Shown here: positions 1 to 14,238 of the stretch, piece by piece | Layout: each line of letters starts with the position of its first letter | Numbering within the stretch: position 1 is the stretch's first letter | Source: Diadema antillarum | Taxonomy: Eukaryota | Direction of reading: 5' to 3' | DNA: 64,000 bases | NCBI RefSeq assembly: GCF_040938485.1 | Contig: NW_027271846.1 | Location: 620,001 to 684,000, forward strand | The notes under the pieces: generated by a model | What the model was told of the DNA's origin: nothing | The model's input: only the letters and a program-made list of their open reading frames with translations | Database searches by the model: none | Translations under genes and position numbers: made by a program

Positions 1-1663
1 CTTCTCAACAGTTGCAATCAGATCTGATAAAATGTTTGCACATACCAGACTGTACTTCCTGTCTCTAGGCACCTGCAGTTAGCTTCAAAGCAACCAATTT
101 GCTTTCATTGGAGCTGATAGCTCATTCTTTTTCCCTACATAGTTCTTTTCCCCATCCTTTCCCCACCCCCCTTCGTATTGACCTTGGGTGTCGTACTTAA
201 CGAGCATATAATCTCGTTGATTTGCGAACACTTTCCGTTAATAATTTGCGCGCTTATTGGGTTTTTGTTGTTGCTGTTGTTGTTGTCGTCGGGATTATTA
301 TTTGTTGTACTTAATTTCGCGCGTCACAAACTTGAGGAATAGATTACTTCAGGCCTTCAATCATTCATCCAATGTTGGCGATCGGCGATCATGTGCGCCA
401 ACGCGAGTTATTTCGGTAGAGACACCAGTGTCGCGTCTCGCGCGCGCCGACATAGTTTAATTAACCTCGTTAATCATCCGTGCCGTTCTGAGCTGCGCGC
501 CATCGCCGTATGCAACGGCCTCCGGGCCGACACACCTGGTTTGGCGCTTTGATGAGATGCTTGTCGCACACACTCACAGAAACACACACACACATTCGCA
601 CACACCGACAGATATTGTTTAGTATACAAAGATGACCGTAAGAACAAGAACAAAACAAAACAAAATAAGTTGAATCTGTTACCTATGAAAAGGGCAGTCA
701 TTCTGCATGGAACCGTATCATACTTGGCTGTTGTACATAATCCGCAGGTTAGTGGCCATACATACCATTTTCACTATAGACGCATCAAAATGTCTTACAT
801 GCCAATTTTCAACTCTTTCAAGCTCAACATTGAACTGTATAGGTCGCACTCATATCAGATTTATGACCAAATGGGAAATTTCACCTAAATTGGCGTTGGT
901 ATATTCTAAGAAGTCCCCTGAAGAAATATCTGTATCCGGACGAGGCTAACTTTTATGGTAGTGAAATGTGCTATAGACACGGCGACAGAGGTGGAAATAG
1001 ATCCTGTGTAATGCCCTTTCACAACGATTATTTCAAGAAGTTCTATCTTGTTGAATAAGTAGAACCCTCACAAATTTCATCTTCATCAATATCTCTCTTC
1101 GAGAGACACGACGGGGAGGATTTGAGGGAATTGTTTGAAAACATTGTTGCATTTTTCCAGTGAAAGAAAAATACCGGTCTCTTGAGAGTTGAAGAGTCGA
1201 GTCTTTCAAGATGTAATGATAATGATAATAATAGAGAGACTCTCATAAAGACATCTCTGTAAAATTGACCTGGCTTCTCTCTGTCAAGATTAGCCTGGAT
1301 TCTACTGACGTCCCTTTCCACTTCTTCTCCACTGAAAGAATGACCTTTCTTTTATTTTGGTATCATCTGAATACCACGGAATTCTTTGCGTTACTATGTC
1401 ATCCCAGGTCACCTTTTTTTTTTTTCACCGTCCTTACAACAATCTTAAGCTGTGGGACTAAAGCCATCGTCTTGCCTTTAACAACTGCCGCTATTTTCGC
1501 AGATTAATGGAGTTGCATTAGCGAAACCAATCCAGTGCTCAGGAAGCCCTACACCAAGTCCTTGTGTTTGTTGGACTAGACAATACACCTTACCTCCTAC
1601 AGAGATTTTCCTCTTTATCCCTTCTCTCTCTTTCTTCTTCCCTATCTATCTACCTATTATACA

Positions 1664-1666
<3 letters not shown>

Positions 1667-1732
<66 letters not shown>
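1667..1732. repeat. (TA)n microsatellite, about 33 units
   Basis: Seen directly. Confidence 0.98.
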
Positions 1733-1734
<2 letters not shown>

Positions 1735-3779
1735 ACGACTATTTCTAACTCTCCAGCCCTCTAAAGTGGCGTGTTCTCAGGATAAGTTTCCTCAGTTGAG
1801 ATGAAATTTGTTTCTGACGTCATTATGTTTGGAGAGTCGTTGTAGAAACGGGACCTCAATAATATGCAGAGAAAAGTAGAAAATGATTACTCCAGAGAAT
1901 CTTACAAATGAGGGGACGGGGCTCTTACGTCATAATGACTTGTATAGAATTCATGTTTGGGGATTCATCATCGACCCAGTTGCATGCATTAGTTTGGCAC
2001 CCACATTTCTTTGATGCGTAAACAGGTGAAGGTTAAAGGTTATTTATGGCAGATTCTTCGTAAGAAAGTAGTTCATGTGTATAGTGATTGGTAAACATAC
2101 CGATTGGATAGTGTAATCGAAGGAATGTGTGTCGAGTTATACCTTAAAGTATCTGAGGAACTTTGTAAGTTTGTAATGTCTTGACGACCGAGGTTTACGT
2201 ACTCATTACACAGTCCACTCTAACCTCTGGTTTAGTCTCTGCACAGAAAACTAAAGAAGCCACATAAGTGCACCAAATACGACAAGACGTTGAAATGGAG
2301 GATATTATGACAATCCCGTTCTTGACGACATTTTGATTTCATTTATTGCCTACATCTTCGGCTCAAAATCATATCTCTGGAAACGGCACACACAAAGTCA
2401 TATTTACAGTTATATACATATATTTGAATTCTATCTATCAGTTAGTAAGCAATCTAAAAATTACTCCTTATTGTCTTTTTTCGTCATTTTCGTCATCAAA
2501 AGGTATGTTGTCTACATAATTTTTTTTTTTTTTATCGTTAGAAATACGAGATCATTGCATTAGACGAATATACATTTTTCTTTAAATCGCATTGCTCACT
2601 AGGCAATGTTTACCGTTGGGTTTTATATTCTTTTACGGTATGATTATGACGGATTCTCGCAATTGGCTGACGACACTGCCTGCTGACGACATCTCTCAAC
2701 CCAGAATAGCCCGATATGTCTCCATTGACATCCATCGACCCTTTCCCCCTCAGTCTCAATAAACCGGTGGCTTGTCACACAATATTTACACTAGGTGCAC
2801 TGACCGCATCTTATACAACTGTGCATATTGCGCGTATTGACATCCATAAGTCGTCCCCCATACTTCGAATGTGCCTCTTAAGAATGTGCCCCATCGAATG
2901 CATGACTTTTTTATGTCTCTCTAAGCTTCTTCCACAGATATTAATTGCTATGCATCGGTTATCCTCCATAAGACAAAGCTTTGTGGATCTTTGTTGATTT
3001 GTCAAAGTTTTTATGAATGTTGTTATTATTCCTCAAGGAAAGGGAATATATAAAAAAGTAGCATTATGTAGTCAGGTCCGCGGGTACTGTTTGAATGTGC
3101 TCTTGTGCATCTTTTTGGCTTTGTTTGATACGTGATTATCTTTATCACTGCCCGAGGCTGGTACAGTGGGGGATTTGATAAGTGGAGTCTAGATATATGA
3201 TTACACCCCAAGAAAAGGAACCGCCGAAATATGAGCGGGTGATCCTCTTCCGTTGGTGCTCAGTAATGATACGCGATACCGGAAATACACTCATATGAGC
3301 CTGGCATTGACTAAGTTGTAATATGTTGCCCGATACAGCCTTTCTTGCTCTCTTTCCCTCTCCATTCATCTATCTATGCATCCATCTGTTTATCTCTTTC
3401 TCTCTCTCCTTCTCCCTCTCTCTCCAACTATTACTCATTCTCTCCCTTTCCTTATCTTCCTCTCCGTCATTCGATCACTCTACCTTCTTCTCTTCCATCC
3501 CCCCCTCTCTCTCTCCCTCTTAAATTCTCTCCCCAGCTTTCATTCATACCCCTTCCCTAGATCTCCCTCTCCTGAACTCACCCCTCTCCTTTCTTCCCCT
3601 CCCTTTCTCTCGCTCTCTCATCGCCCTTAAACACCTGCTCGATATCTAATGCTGACCAGGGGTAACAAAATGGAATGACATTAACCCATAGCCTCCGGCA
3701 AACCTTGTAAGCCTTGTATTAAGTCTATGGGGATTTCGGGATCTCTTGGAGAGCGGACTCATACCAATATGTCCTTACA

Positions 3780-3880
3780 CACCCAGGGCAGCATCCTCGT
3801 AAGAGTTGAATATTGCTCAACTTTTCCAGAGGCCCGTGGCGTTATCTATTATCCTAGCTTGTCAGATATCCATTTATGGT
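3780..3880 (-). mobile_element. 3' fragment of the same SINE family
   Basis: Minus strand ATAAATGGATATC...GGGCCTCTGGAAAAG...GCTGCCCTGGGT resembles the tail of the 30911 copy. Confidence 0.4.
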
Positions 3881-3882
3881 TA

Positions 3883-4260
3883 CAGTTCATTGTTCCGAAG
3901 GTTCGTCATTCCAAAGGTTCGTTCATTCGAAAATGAAATAAGGTTTGTTATTCTAAAGTTTTGTTAACCCGAAAATTAAAAAAAAGATTCGTTATTCCGA
4001 AGGTTCGTTAATTCGAAAACAAAGTAAGGTTCGTAATTGCCAAGGTTCGTTAGTACGTACCTTCTTTTCATTTTCGAACTAATAAACCATCGGAATGTAC
4101 TGATGTAACGAACCTCATTTCATTTTCGTATTAACTAACCTTCGAAACAATGCCACAAATAGTCGGATTAACGAGCCTTATTTCATTTTCGGAATAACGA
4201 ATATCTCGGTTTAGGGAATAAGAGTGTTTCGGCATAACGAACATTTGAAATAACGAACTT
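3883..4260. mobile_element. Foldback/MITE-like element built of ~16-bp subrepeats (GGTTCGTTATTCCGAA) in inverted halves
   Basis: The left half repeats ttccgaaggttcgttatt and the right half repeats its reverse complement (ttcggaataacgaac). Ends are TA|CAGTTC ... GAACT|TA, possibly a TA TSD. Confidence 0.7.
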
Positions 4261-7200
4261 ATCATCCCCATTTACAAACCTGATGTAGAAGTCCTTCACG
4301 GTTAAAACACACCACTTATAATATGACACGAAAAAAAACAACAAATCCTCGTCCCACAGCGCTCCTATTTCATATCTGAGCTCGGCGTTAATTCGAACAC
4401 GAAAACATGGAGATTGGATTCAAACTGCAAAAATGTATAAGTAGTTATTTTAGAATCTTGTTGAAACTATAACGTACTTTATCTATTTTTTTCTAAACTA
4501 AGCAAATTGTTGCTGCTTTGATTCAAAGGTAATCACGGCCTAAATGATGACGTCAGTTAGTCGAGAGCGAGGTTATATCTTTTTTTCCCCCTTTACTCTC
4601 AAACTCAATAAATACTGCATGATTTCTGGTTCGTTTGATCAATCTCTAAGGAGAGGAATTGAGTCGTAGTTGCTGTTTCAGGATACGATTTGCATGATAC
4701 CCTTAATCTCATATTCTATTGCTTCCCAACCACTTCGATATGATTAATATTCCGGAGCTAATTTGTTTGGTATCCCTATTGCGGATTGCATGTTTTCGTC
4801 AGCTTTGATTACATTGGCGCCAGGACAATCGACTTCCCGCAGGAGTATACTCCAAGACAAGTTGACTGTATCAGGTCTGCTTATTTACTTCCCCTGACCA
4901 TTCCTTTCCGTTAAACTAACACATTTTTAAAACTCTCTCCCATCAGTCCTTGGGGCTGCAGAAGGAAAACAGTAATACAAAGCACGAGGAGGTTCGTTGT
5001 CCCATTGCGCTCATTCGCGCTTCTTTGCAAAGTCACCATGACGACTGGATGTTGCAGGGAGCGCGCATCAGTGATGGGAGAAGGGTGGATCAGCGACATG
5101 TTCTCTTATACATTCAGGTTCGGTATGTCCGCATAGTCCCTAATGGCCCGAACCAGATTCATTCCAAATGGTGTTGTGTAGCCTAACATGATCCTGATGC
5201 GAGCCACAAAACAAGTGAATCGAGGACATGGTTGTACACAGCGGGGCGTCTTCTTTCATCATCTGGTCGCCTAGTCGTCCCCCTGGCATACATTTCGCCC
5301 GACTTAAATCAGAGGAGGCTTTCGGGAATCACGAGAATCGATTCTTGAAGATGTCATTACATGGACAGATGAATAAATTAAAACGAAATATTAGCGCGCG
5401 CTCCGGAGCAGAGGAGGCTCGAATCGTCGAGAAAATCAACCCTCGATCTGAAAAAGGGATGATGCCCGAGCAGCCTCTGTATTAATGTATCGCACGGTCC
5501 GAAATAACACCCTGCCAAGCGAAGGTCGCAGAGATGATTAAGATGCTATCTGATCGTCATCCAAACGAGCTTCTCTTCTCCTTCATCCATTCTACTTCTC
5601 TCTCACATCCTCCTTGTCCTTCTCGTATACCTTCATCCCGTTACCCACTCCCTCACCAACAACATCATCATCATCCTCATCATCATTATACTCTTGTACG
5701 GCTTTGTGTTGATGGACAACATGAGACTTCACTGATAATAAAGAATTTGGTTATTTCAGAAACAGGATGGCACAGCGTATGGCGGTTGACAGTGACTATA
5801 ACTGAAATTGAGATGAGAAAATCAGACAAGACGACAAATTCCATCATTTTCCAATCAGTCATGTCGATTTCAAAATTCCTGATAGCAACATTCTTAGGCT
5901 CAAGGTCACATCAACCAAGTTGAAGGTTGTCGTCTTTGTTTGCATAAAACGACAGTCCCCACGGCAAGGACGAATTACAAAGACAAACACAAAACCGAGA
6001 ATGAGAAACCATAACGACGATCGTTTATCTTACTGATGGCGGCGCTGTCGCTGATGATAGCAACGCGAAATTTGAAAAGATAGTAATCATCAAAATCATT
6101 GAGAGTTATTGTCATGAAAAGCCTAAAAGATGGCAGGTCAATAATTTCTGTCAGTTCTTATCTCAACTTGACGTTTAAATGCACTTCTTTTCTTCGAGTT
6201 TTGCTACAGTATCTGGTGGCACATTCTCTCGTCTTGCTTGTCGTAGTGCGACTATGGAAATAAAATAGTAAGATACAACAAATGTTATGAAACTGTCTTA
6301 ACGCGAAGGACATAAACAACCAGAGATAGTTAATGTTAGAGGATATATTATTGGTGTGTAACGTATTTCAGGGGTGCAGACAAGCATGGCTATTCGTACC
6401 TTTCTTGACACCCCTGGAAATGTTGTTTTAATTTGTCTAAATGAATACAACACAATACAATACAATACGATATAATACAATCATGGGATGTATTTATTTG
6501 TTTCATTTTTTTAAACGTGTAGTTCAAATATGGAATATGATTGAAATGTTCCGTACTTTACATTTTTGATTGTATGTAGTACTGCTGTTCAACAGTCTTT
6601 TTCGGCAGTTCAAATGTGTTTCCTTGATGGGAATTAATAGGTGTGATCACATTGAGCCAAATTAATCACACCTCCACATAAAGGCCTAGTCAAGGCCTAC
6701 ACTTGTTTTATTGCTACAGATCTTGCTGATGTAGTAACCTTGGCAAGAAAAAGTCTATTACCCCACGCAGATTCCTTTGTGATCCTCCTTACGGTGTATC
6801 CAAACTGGGTTACCTGTATGGAGAAGGGGGATTCCAGGAGTGGTAAGGGGGTATAACAGAGAGATGGACGCAGGAGGTGCGCAGACCTGGATCAATATTT
6901 CGTCTTGCGTCAGAAATAGTCCCATGTGGTCCTCAGAGGTTGAACGAACAAAGGGGAGTATCGCCGCCAGAGAATAGGGGGCTCAGATGAATGGACACCC
7001 GCACCCTTTCAGCCACTTTCCTTTTTTTTTGGGGGGGGGGGGGATGGGTGGGAAGGGGGGGGGGGGCTTACGCGCTTCGAAAGGGTCAAACCGCAAACAG
7101 ATACAAGTTGTTCAATGGTATTTTCTCTGTAGTTATCTTCTCACACGTCTCTCTATCATTTGTAACTTTTTGGGACATCAATAACTTTTATTAAAAATGG

Positions 7201-9859
7201 TGAGAGGCGGTGATGAACGATGAATGCAGAGTATACAAGGGCCATTTTGGTTGTCTTTGTTAGAAGGGTCCAAATGTCGCTCACATCTTTAATCAGCTGT
7301 TCCATTCTTATCAACCTTATTGCAACTATCTGTACTTGAGCAGATTCACAAGTAATCATGATGACATAATATCATTAAAAGATGTATAATGATCACAGGA
7401 AACTGCATAAACGCAGTTTACATACGCCAATGAACACAAAGTATTACAGTTTTGAATTGAGCTATCTGCATTATAATGCTCTGAAGTGAATGTATGAACC
7501 CTGCAAAATTTTCTGCAAGGACATTGTGTTGTTGGCACATCCTGCCTGTTTCTCTGTTTGTCAGTCTTTCAAGTTATTGGATTTGGTCTTGCAACATGTT
7601 TTGCAGATTTACGAAGGCTCTGTTATGATCACATGAAGATTTCTCCTTGTTTTATATGACATAGTAGTGAGGAAGCATACGGTGCTATTTTGTTAACGTG
7701 AGCCCGTGTATGGGACACAGCCCAATGAATGAAATGATGCAAGTTCGTCAGCAACAATTGTCATAACCAGTCAGTTGCTTTTGGCTTTGTGCAAAGACAT
7801 ACAGTCCATCTCAAAGAGTTTACCTTTCGGAATTCCTGGAAAATGTCAAAAAATGTATTGAACACGGAAAGTATGCATTGACCTACAGAGGCTGTTGTTC
7901 AGTGACAATGTCCACAGCATGTCCTGAACACTGCTGAAAGGAGGCAAAGAAAGGCTTTCTGCATGCATTGTAAAGTACAGTCAAAAGATTATTCAGTGGG
8001 TAGTTGCGCCAGAGTGAACGCATATTTGTGCTATATCGGTAAACCTCTCGTCCTCAGATTCCCATATTTGATCGTATAGAGCTGTACAGTGATCACATCA
8101 AAAATAGCCGAGTTGTAGGGAGCAATTCGACGACTGTCGTCTGACGGGGTGCCGAACGATAATTAGAGGATCGATGGCCTTTACGGATGACTGTTTGCTT
8201 TGACGATCTGCCTCTCGATCGATCGATCGCGTGCTCCGATTTTCCCGTAATTTTTGGATCAAGAATGGCAAATATCGACGGGCTGCGCGCGAGTCATGGA
8301 TTATGGCGAATTATAGTTTTGTGTCTCGTGAAGGAAATAAACCTTGGAGCATTCCTTACCTGACAGGTCACAGTAGTTATTTTCTCTTTTCAAGTACGTC
8401 TCCGCGGTGAATGCTTGTAGGATTACAGATGTCCAGGGCAGTCACATCACTTCGTTAATCCTTACTCATCAATTCCAAAAGTTGACTTTGAAAACACCTC
8501 GGTAAAATCAACGGCCACTGATCCTATCGTTACGTAACAAAGTCCTAAAGAAAATCGTAGAGGACTATACAGCATTTTCCCAAACGAAGAACGATAAGCG
8601 TCCCGATGGAGATTTTCTGAAACACTTGAAATCTATTGCATGGCATAAAATTTATCTATTTCTTTGTTGCAACTGTTTTGATTGAGTATTTGTTTTATTC
8701 GTTGAAGTCATAGGACGGTAGGGTTTAAGTATTTTTTTTTTCATATCTAAAGTTTTCCATTGTGAAATGCAAGACCTGCTTTCTACCATTTGATTTTGTG
8801 CGAGAAGAAGAGTGGGACTCCCTCTTGAACCCCATGATAATGTTTTGAATTACCAGCATGTAAAATATGAGAGTATCACTGCTTCCTGTCTGCCTGGCTT
8901 TTAGGCGTGTAACTGAGGACAGCGTGTGTCGTCGAATTTGCCTGAAAGTGAACGTTATGTCCTTAGAATCTTTCTTGAGATACTCATAGTAAGTTAATCT
9001 TCAGTGTGAATACGGCTCCTCATACGATGAACCTCTAAAAGCATGATATACTTTTTTACGACAAGGATTAGGTTCTCGCTATGCAAAGAGTCAACATCTT
9101 CTCTTTTCAACATCATCTCTCTTTATTAAAAAAAAGCACACAATCATAATGATTTCCAAACTTTATCTAAAAAGACGATCTTGGCGTTGTTTATCCAAAT
9201 CTCTAATATACATCATATAATTATTCTTAAACCCCTCCATTATCATTTCATTGCAATTCATAGCATGATAATGTTAGGTCTGTCTGCATTAAATTGGTAG
9301 AAGACCAGCCCTGAACAATCCACCGCTGAGAAGTTACTTCATAGGGTATCAACAGTCCAAGTCGTCACGTGGAACATAACAGAATAAATTAATCAGCAGG
9401 AGAGAAAACAAAGAATGAGGGGTAGGAAAGGAATGACTTTTGAGAATGAACACATATTGGAATAACCAGCAATGATATGCAAAAGTTTGGACAACGTATG
9501 TTCACATGATACGTGTGGTAGCATCAGGACCCACGTGATAAAAGAACAAAAAAAAAACAATATGGATGAATTAAAGTACACTTTAGTAGCATTCTTGTTA
9601 AATGCTAGTGGTATGTAATTTTTTTTGGTGTAGCATGAAAGTGAAAGCTACAGTTTTCAACGCATCATTCTTCTTTTGGCTGCATGGTAATCATTTTCTT
9701 GTCACAGAGGCAAAAGGAGGGAGTACCTTTAATGCGTTTCTTCAAATGTGTGTGAAATGTTATGTTGCATGTTTGGCCCGCTCAATCAGAGCCGGACGGA
9801 ACTTCCTGGAAGTGTGGCGGCGACGTAAATATGGCGCAGCCGTGACATACGGCTGACTG

Positions 9860-9955
9860 CCATCGCAAAGACTGTAAGGCGCTGTGTTTGGCGTGACGAC
9901 TGGCTACCATTGCAAAGACTGTGAGGCGCAGGCTGTGTTTAGCGTGACGACTGGC
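9860..9955. repeat. Two-copy tandem duplication, period 47 bp
   Basis: CCATYGCAAAGACTGTRAGGCGC..TGTGTTTRGCGTGACGACTGGC at 9860 and 9907. Confidence 0.9.
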
Positions 9956-12900
9956 AGTCGTACATGTTTGGTGACAGAAAGGCGTAAAGATAGAATGAGT
10001 TCAGAGACAGAGAAAGAGGGAGAGAGAGAGAGACAGACAGACAGACAGAATAGAGGAGGAGTATGTATGTGAATTGTAGCATACGAGTGGAATCCAAGCT
10101 TTGAGGGATCATACGTTTTATACATGGCTATACCTTTCCATTCCGTAAAACGTGCATCTTCTTCAAACTAACGAGATGTTTATTGAGATACAAATAGAAT
10201 ATAGATAGGCCTACTTGATATTGATAATACTATGTAGATTTCATTTGTAACTTCTTGTTAAAGGAAAATCAAGAATCCTACACATCTACAAGGGCAAATA
10301 TTTAGGTAATCATTCCATGTAAATGAGCTGCTTACAGAATCGTTGCTAAAGAGGTAACACAGCCTTTTAGCTATTTGTAACTCAAAGCCACCGTATCCAG
10401 TTCAGCTCACAGAGACTAATCTTCTTGTAGCGGTGTATAGCCAACCCCTCCCCCTAGAGATATAGGCCGTGCTTAGAGTAGAATGCGGTGGATTTGTTTG
10501 GTTTATCATTCGAGCCGGTTGCATCCACTTGACATTGCTTAATGGAGATTCCCTCACCCCCCCCCCCCCCGCCCTTCCCCCTGACTTTCTACCCCCGATG
10601 TAGACTTATCCAGCTGTGCGGAGAGAGAGAGAGGGGGAGGGAGAGAGAGCGGAGTCGCTGCCCTTACAAATGGGCATAGCCGACAGGGAGGAGTTGGGCA
10701 AATGGACTTATTCCCTGGTCTTTACTCGTGTGACACGCCATAAAATCAAGCTACAATCTCGTTCAGCTCGTGTTACCCCCCTCGGCCATTGCCATGCCCC
10801 AGAAAAATCTGAGGGCCCCCTCGCATACAACTCGCTATGCTCCCCGTAAAGTGTGTAAACCTCGACTGGGTGTGTGTGCGCGCACGATCTGCCGGGGTAC
10901 GACGGATCAATGGAGAATGCGATACGGAGACACAACGGAGCTAAGCCTAGTTTATCTTCCCCTTGTTTTATGAGATGTTCTTTATTTAGCGCAGTCACCA
11001 TCAGAAGTTACTGTTAAAGACGACTGTGTAGAGTTTCGACCATACTATTAGAGTCTTCTGAACATATCTTGACACCCCCTTTATTATTGCGAGCTATCAT
11101 CTGACAACAAAGTTATTAAAACATACCGAAAGTTGAACAGTATGGAAATAATAGAACTGAAAACAATATACGGTGCTTATTCATTTTATTGTTACGTAAT
11201 TTAGATTTAAAAAAACCCCACAAAGTTTAAAAAAAAGATGAGGCGGAGCACTCAAATTCTATCAATTATCAAAACTGTGCAATTCAAAACATTCATTACG
11301 TGTTGCTTACATTCAATCCTCTTTACTATTATTTTTCTTTTTATTCGTTATTCCAAGTTTTAACTGATTGACACATTTCAAGATATAGGACTAATGATCA
11401 ATGCCTCTTGGTGTGAGATTCGAATTTGTTGATGAAAATAAATTCCATGTTGTGAAGCATATTCGGGATACTACATATTCACGAAGATCACAATTTTGTT
11501 TTACAAGAAACAGCTCAAATCTTTGAAAAAAAAAAGATATCAAATTTATGACGTTCAATCTATGACGCTTCCAGTGAGATCAAAGTGTTGGTTTGTGTTG
11601 TGATATTCTAAATCACACAGTAGCTTGTGCCAAACTTTCACGGTATTTCTTCAATTCATTTGTTTTATTTCAAAACGTTATTTATGAATACACCTTGGGT
11701 ACAAAAGCAGAATCCAATCAATCGATGAATTAGGAGTATGGTTTACAGATTACAAATTCACAGATTTTGAAAATGGCAACGTCTCCCGTAAGTTCGTGTA
11801 CTTGCACGAATGAAATCAAAACCGCACCATGCAAGCTTTTCACTGATAATACACAGGGTGTCGAGTGTACACAGTGTAATACAGAAGTGCGCTTTTCACT
11901 CCTACATGTATTACTAGTAGGCCTACAACTACATCTACACACACGTACACGAAGATGTTTTGTGCATGCGGTTACATAAGTTTGAGACTCTATCAAAATC
12001 TTCCAGTCTTTAACCAATATGGCAGTTTGTGTCTGCGCGCGCGTTTATGTCGAATGAAACCACAATAGCTGAATAAGACCATCGGCCTAGCACTAATTGT
12101 TTTGGTCCTCACTTGTCACGCACCGACTGCTAAGTGGTTGCGCCAGCGGTAGCCCGAGGAATTTTTGGTATTATGCACGAATTTGTTAGGCTTCGAGATT
12201 TTGAGTTAGCGGTAACTAACGGTACGATAGAGATAACAAGTTACCTCCTTATACAGACATTCTGACAAGGTCGCTGACTCGTTTGTAATTGTCCTTCTTC
12301 TTCTCTATAATGCGATTGATTCGCTCTCCCGGACAGAAAGGAGAGAGTCCTGGTTCGTACATTTCTTCTATTTCAATTTATCCGATGTTAGGCAACATTC
12401 GGATCGCATTAGCAGTCGATTAATGCAACTTTTCGCATTCTTCCGTAATCTATTCCAAAAGAAATGCTCCAAGGAAAGGCTTTATAGTGTCAGTACTTCC
12501 TCAATGGCTACATTGTTTTGTGTCCCCGCATTCTGTAGTCTTCAGTATACTTGCGATTACTTGAAAAAGTAGACGGACAAAAATAAAGTGATTTGTTATA
12601 GCTTGGGGTATGAGAGCTCGAGGCGGACACAGTGAAATGGCCTTTCCGTAAATAGACGCCATTAAATGCGAGTGTACTAGTAAAACATCCAAACATAGCA
12701 CACTGTATACAACATAGGCTACAGGATTGGAAAGCATGATTATGCCAACACAATCTCGTACGCCCGTATCCGGACTTCACTCCACGGAACTTTGTGGAGA
12801 GTTTACCATTGTTCATGTGAAGGGTGTTTCCAAAGTTCCTTGTGACTGTGCCTTAGCTGCTGCAGTTTCACCGGGCATTTCTCCCGGTTGTGCCTGGCGC

Positions 12901-14224
12901 TGAGGGACAGGCCATCTGGCGATCGAACCAGTAGAATGACTACGCCTCCACCGATCATTTTGAAACCCAAGGCGACTGTGGGATAGTCAGTGGTCATAGA
13001 TTTGAAATGTAACGCTTGCGCTGAAGATTATTTCCTCTGAACTTTGGTCTTATGAGGTGGGCGTTGAGGAATCTGTCCACTCGATCCCCCAATTAATCAA
13101 ACCTAGCACAGTCACTTTGTCTTACAACATCTCTTTTGAAGTGTATCGGCATCACGACGCTACACAGAGGGCGGAAAATTAAGGACAATCCGTGAAGCGC
13201 CCCCTCGGGAGCAACACGAGAGAGCATTAACGGCCCAAAAAAACCGATGAAAACAAGAGCAGAATTACAAATTTGCGACAAACGATTCATCATGGTCGAC
13301 TGGGAAAGAATCCCACAACGCCAATCGTGAAATCGATTCTGATGTATCAGGCTTTTCCGTCCACTTTTAACACCCCTCCCCCTCCGCCTTGATAAACATG
13401 GAACCCTTCATCACTCTTTACTGCACTTTTTTTTTTTACCAGACTAACCTCATGCAAGCAGTCGTTCCCTCGGATGTGCCACTTTCCGGTCCGTATGATT
13501 AGCAAATGTACCGTTAATTTTGCCTATTTTGTTCGAAAGATGAGGCAGACCGAAAAAAGGCAAAAAAAAAAAAAAAGGAAAGGAAAGGAAAACGCAAGTT
13601 TGCGAAGACACGCTAGTTTCTAGCATACACTTACACGTACAGTGTACCTGTATACGCGCGCATGCACATCATACCGCACACGCATGTCGAAACGTGTATT
13701 TATAGATAAATAAGCCTTCATTTTTCATGCCCTGAAAACAAACAAAACAAAACCAGCTACAGCATGGGCTCTTCTGAAAAAAAAAAGTGGAAATGTTTAT
13801 GGTCTATACGTATTCTTTGTTTATTACAATGATTTTTTTTTTAAATCTTGATATCAATGTAAATGACCAGCTTAAAGCTATACGGTCCGATAAGATATTC
13901 GAATGGAAAGATGAATCCCTAAAACACTGTTATAACAACAGCAGGTATCGACCATGATAAGTATCAGTACAATCTGAGACTGTTTATTTAAAGGATATTT
14001 CTATCCACTTTATCCTTTCACTTGGCGTTAACCGCAGAAACAGCTCAGTGTTCTGAGCTTCACACCAAACAACTAAGAAAACAGACGGAAGAAAGACAAT
14101 TCTTCGAGGACGGTTGCGGACAAGTACCAGTTGCCCAAACTATAATCCATCTTGAGAGTACGATACAACCAAACAAGAGGAAGAAGAAGGCGACCGCATC
14201 GAGAAGAGCACGTCCTCCCGCTGC

Positions 14225-14238
14225 GTTGCTATGGCAAC
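14225..14238. promoter_or_regulatory. RFX X-box GTTGCTATGGCAAC
   Basis: One mismatch from the palindromic X-box GTTRCCATGGYAAC. Confidence 0.5.

Noticed and set aside
181-342. Hydrophobic TM-like frame (IICALIGFLLLLLLLSSGLLFVVL)
   Set aside because: Arises from a short (TTG)n tract; no start codon or splice context was found and it ends at a stop.
7900-8060. Plus-strand peptide HVLNTAERRQRKAFCMHCK...SCARVNAYLC resembling a piggyBac Cys-rich tail
   Set aside because: One expected Cys is missing, no DDD transposase motifs, TIRs or TTAA ends were found, and a similar Cys pattern appears on the opposite strand; likely chance.
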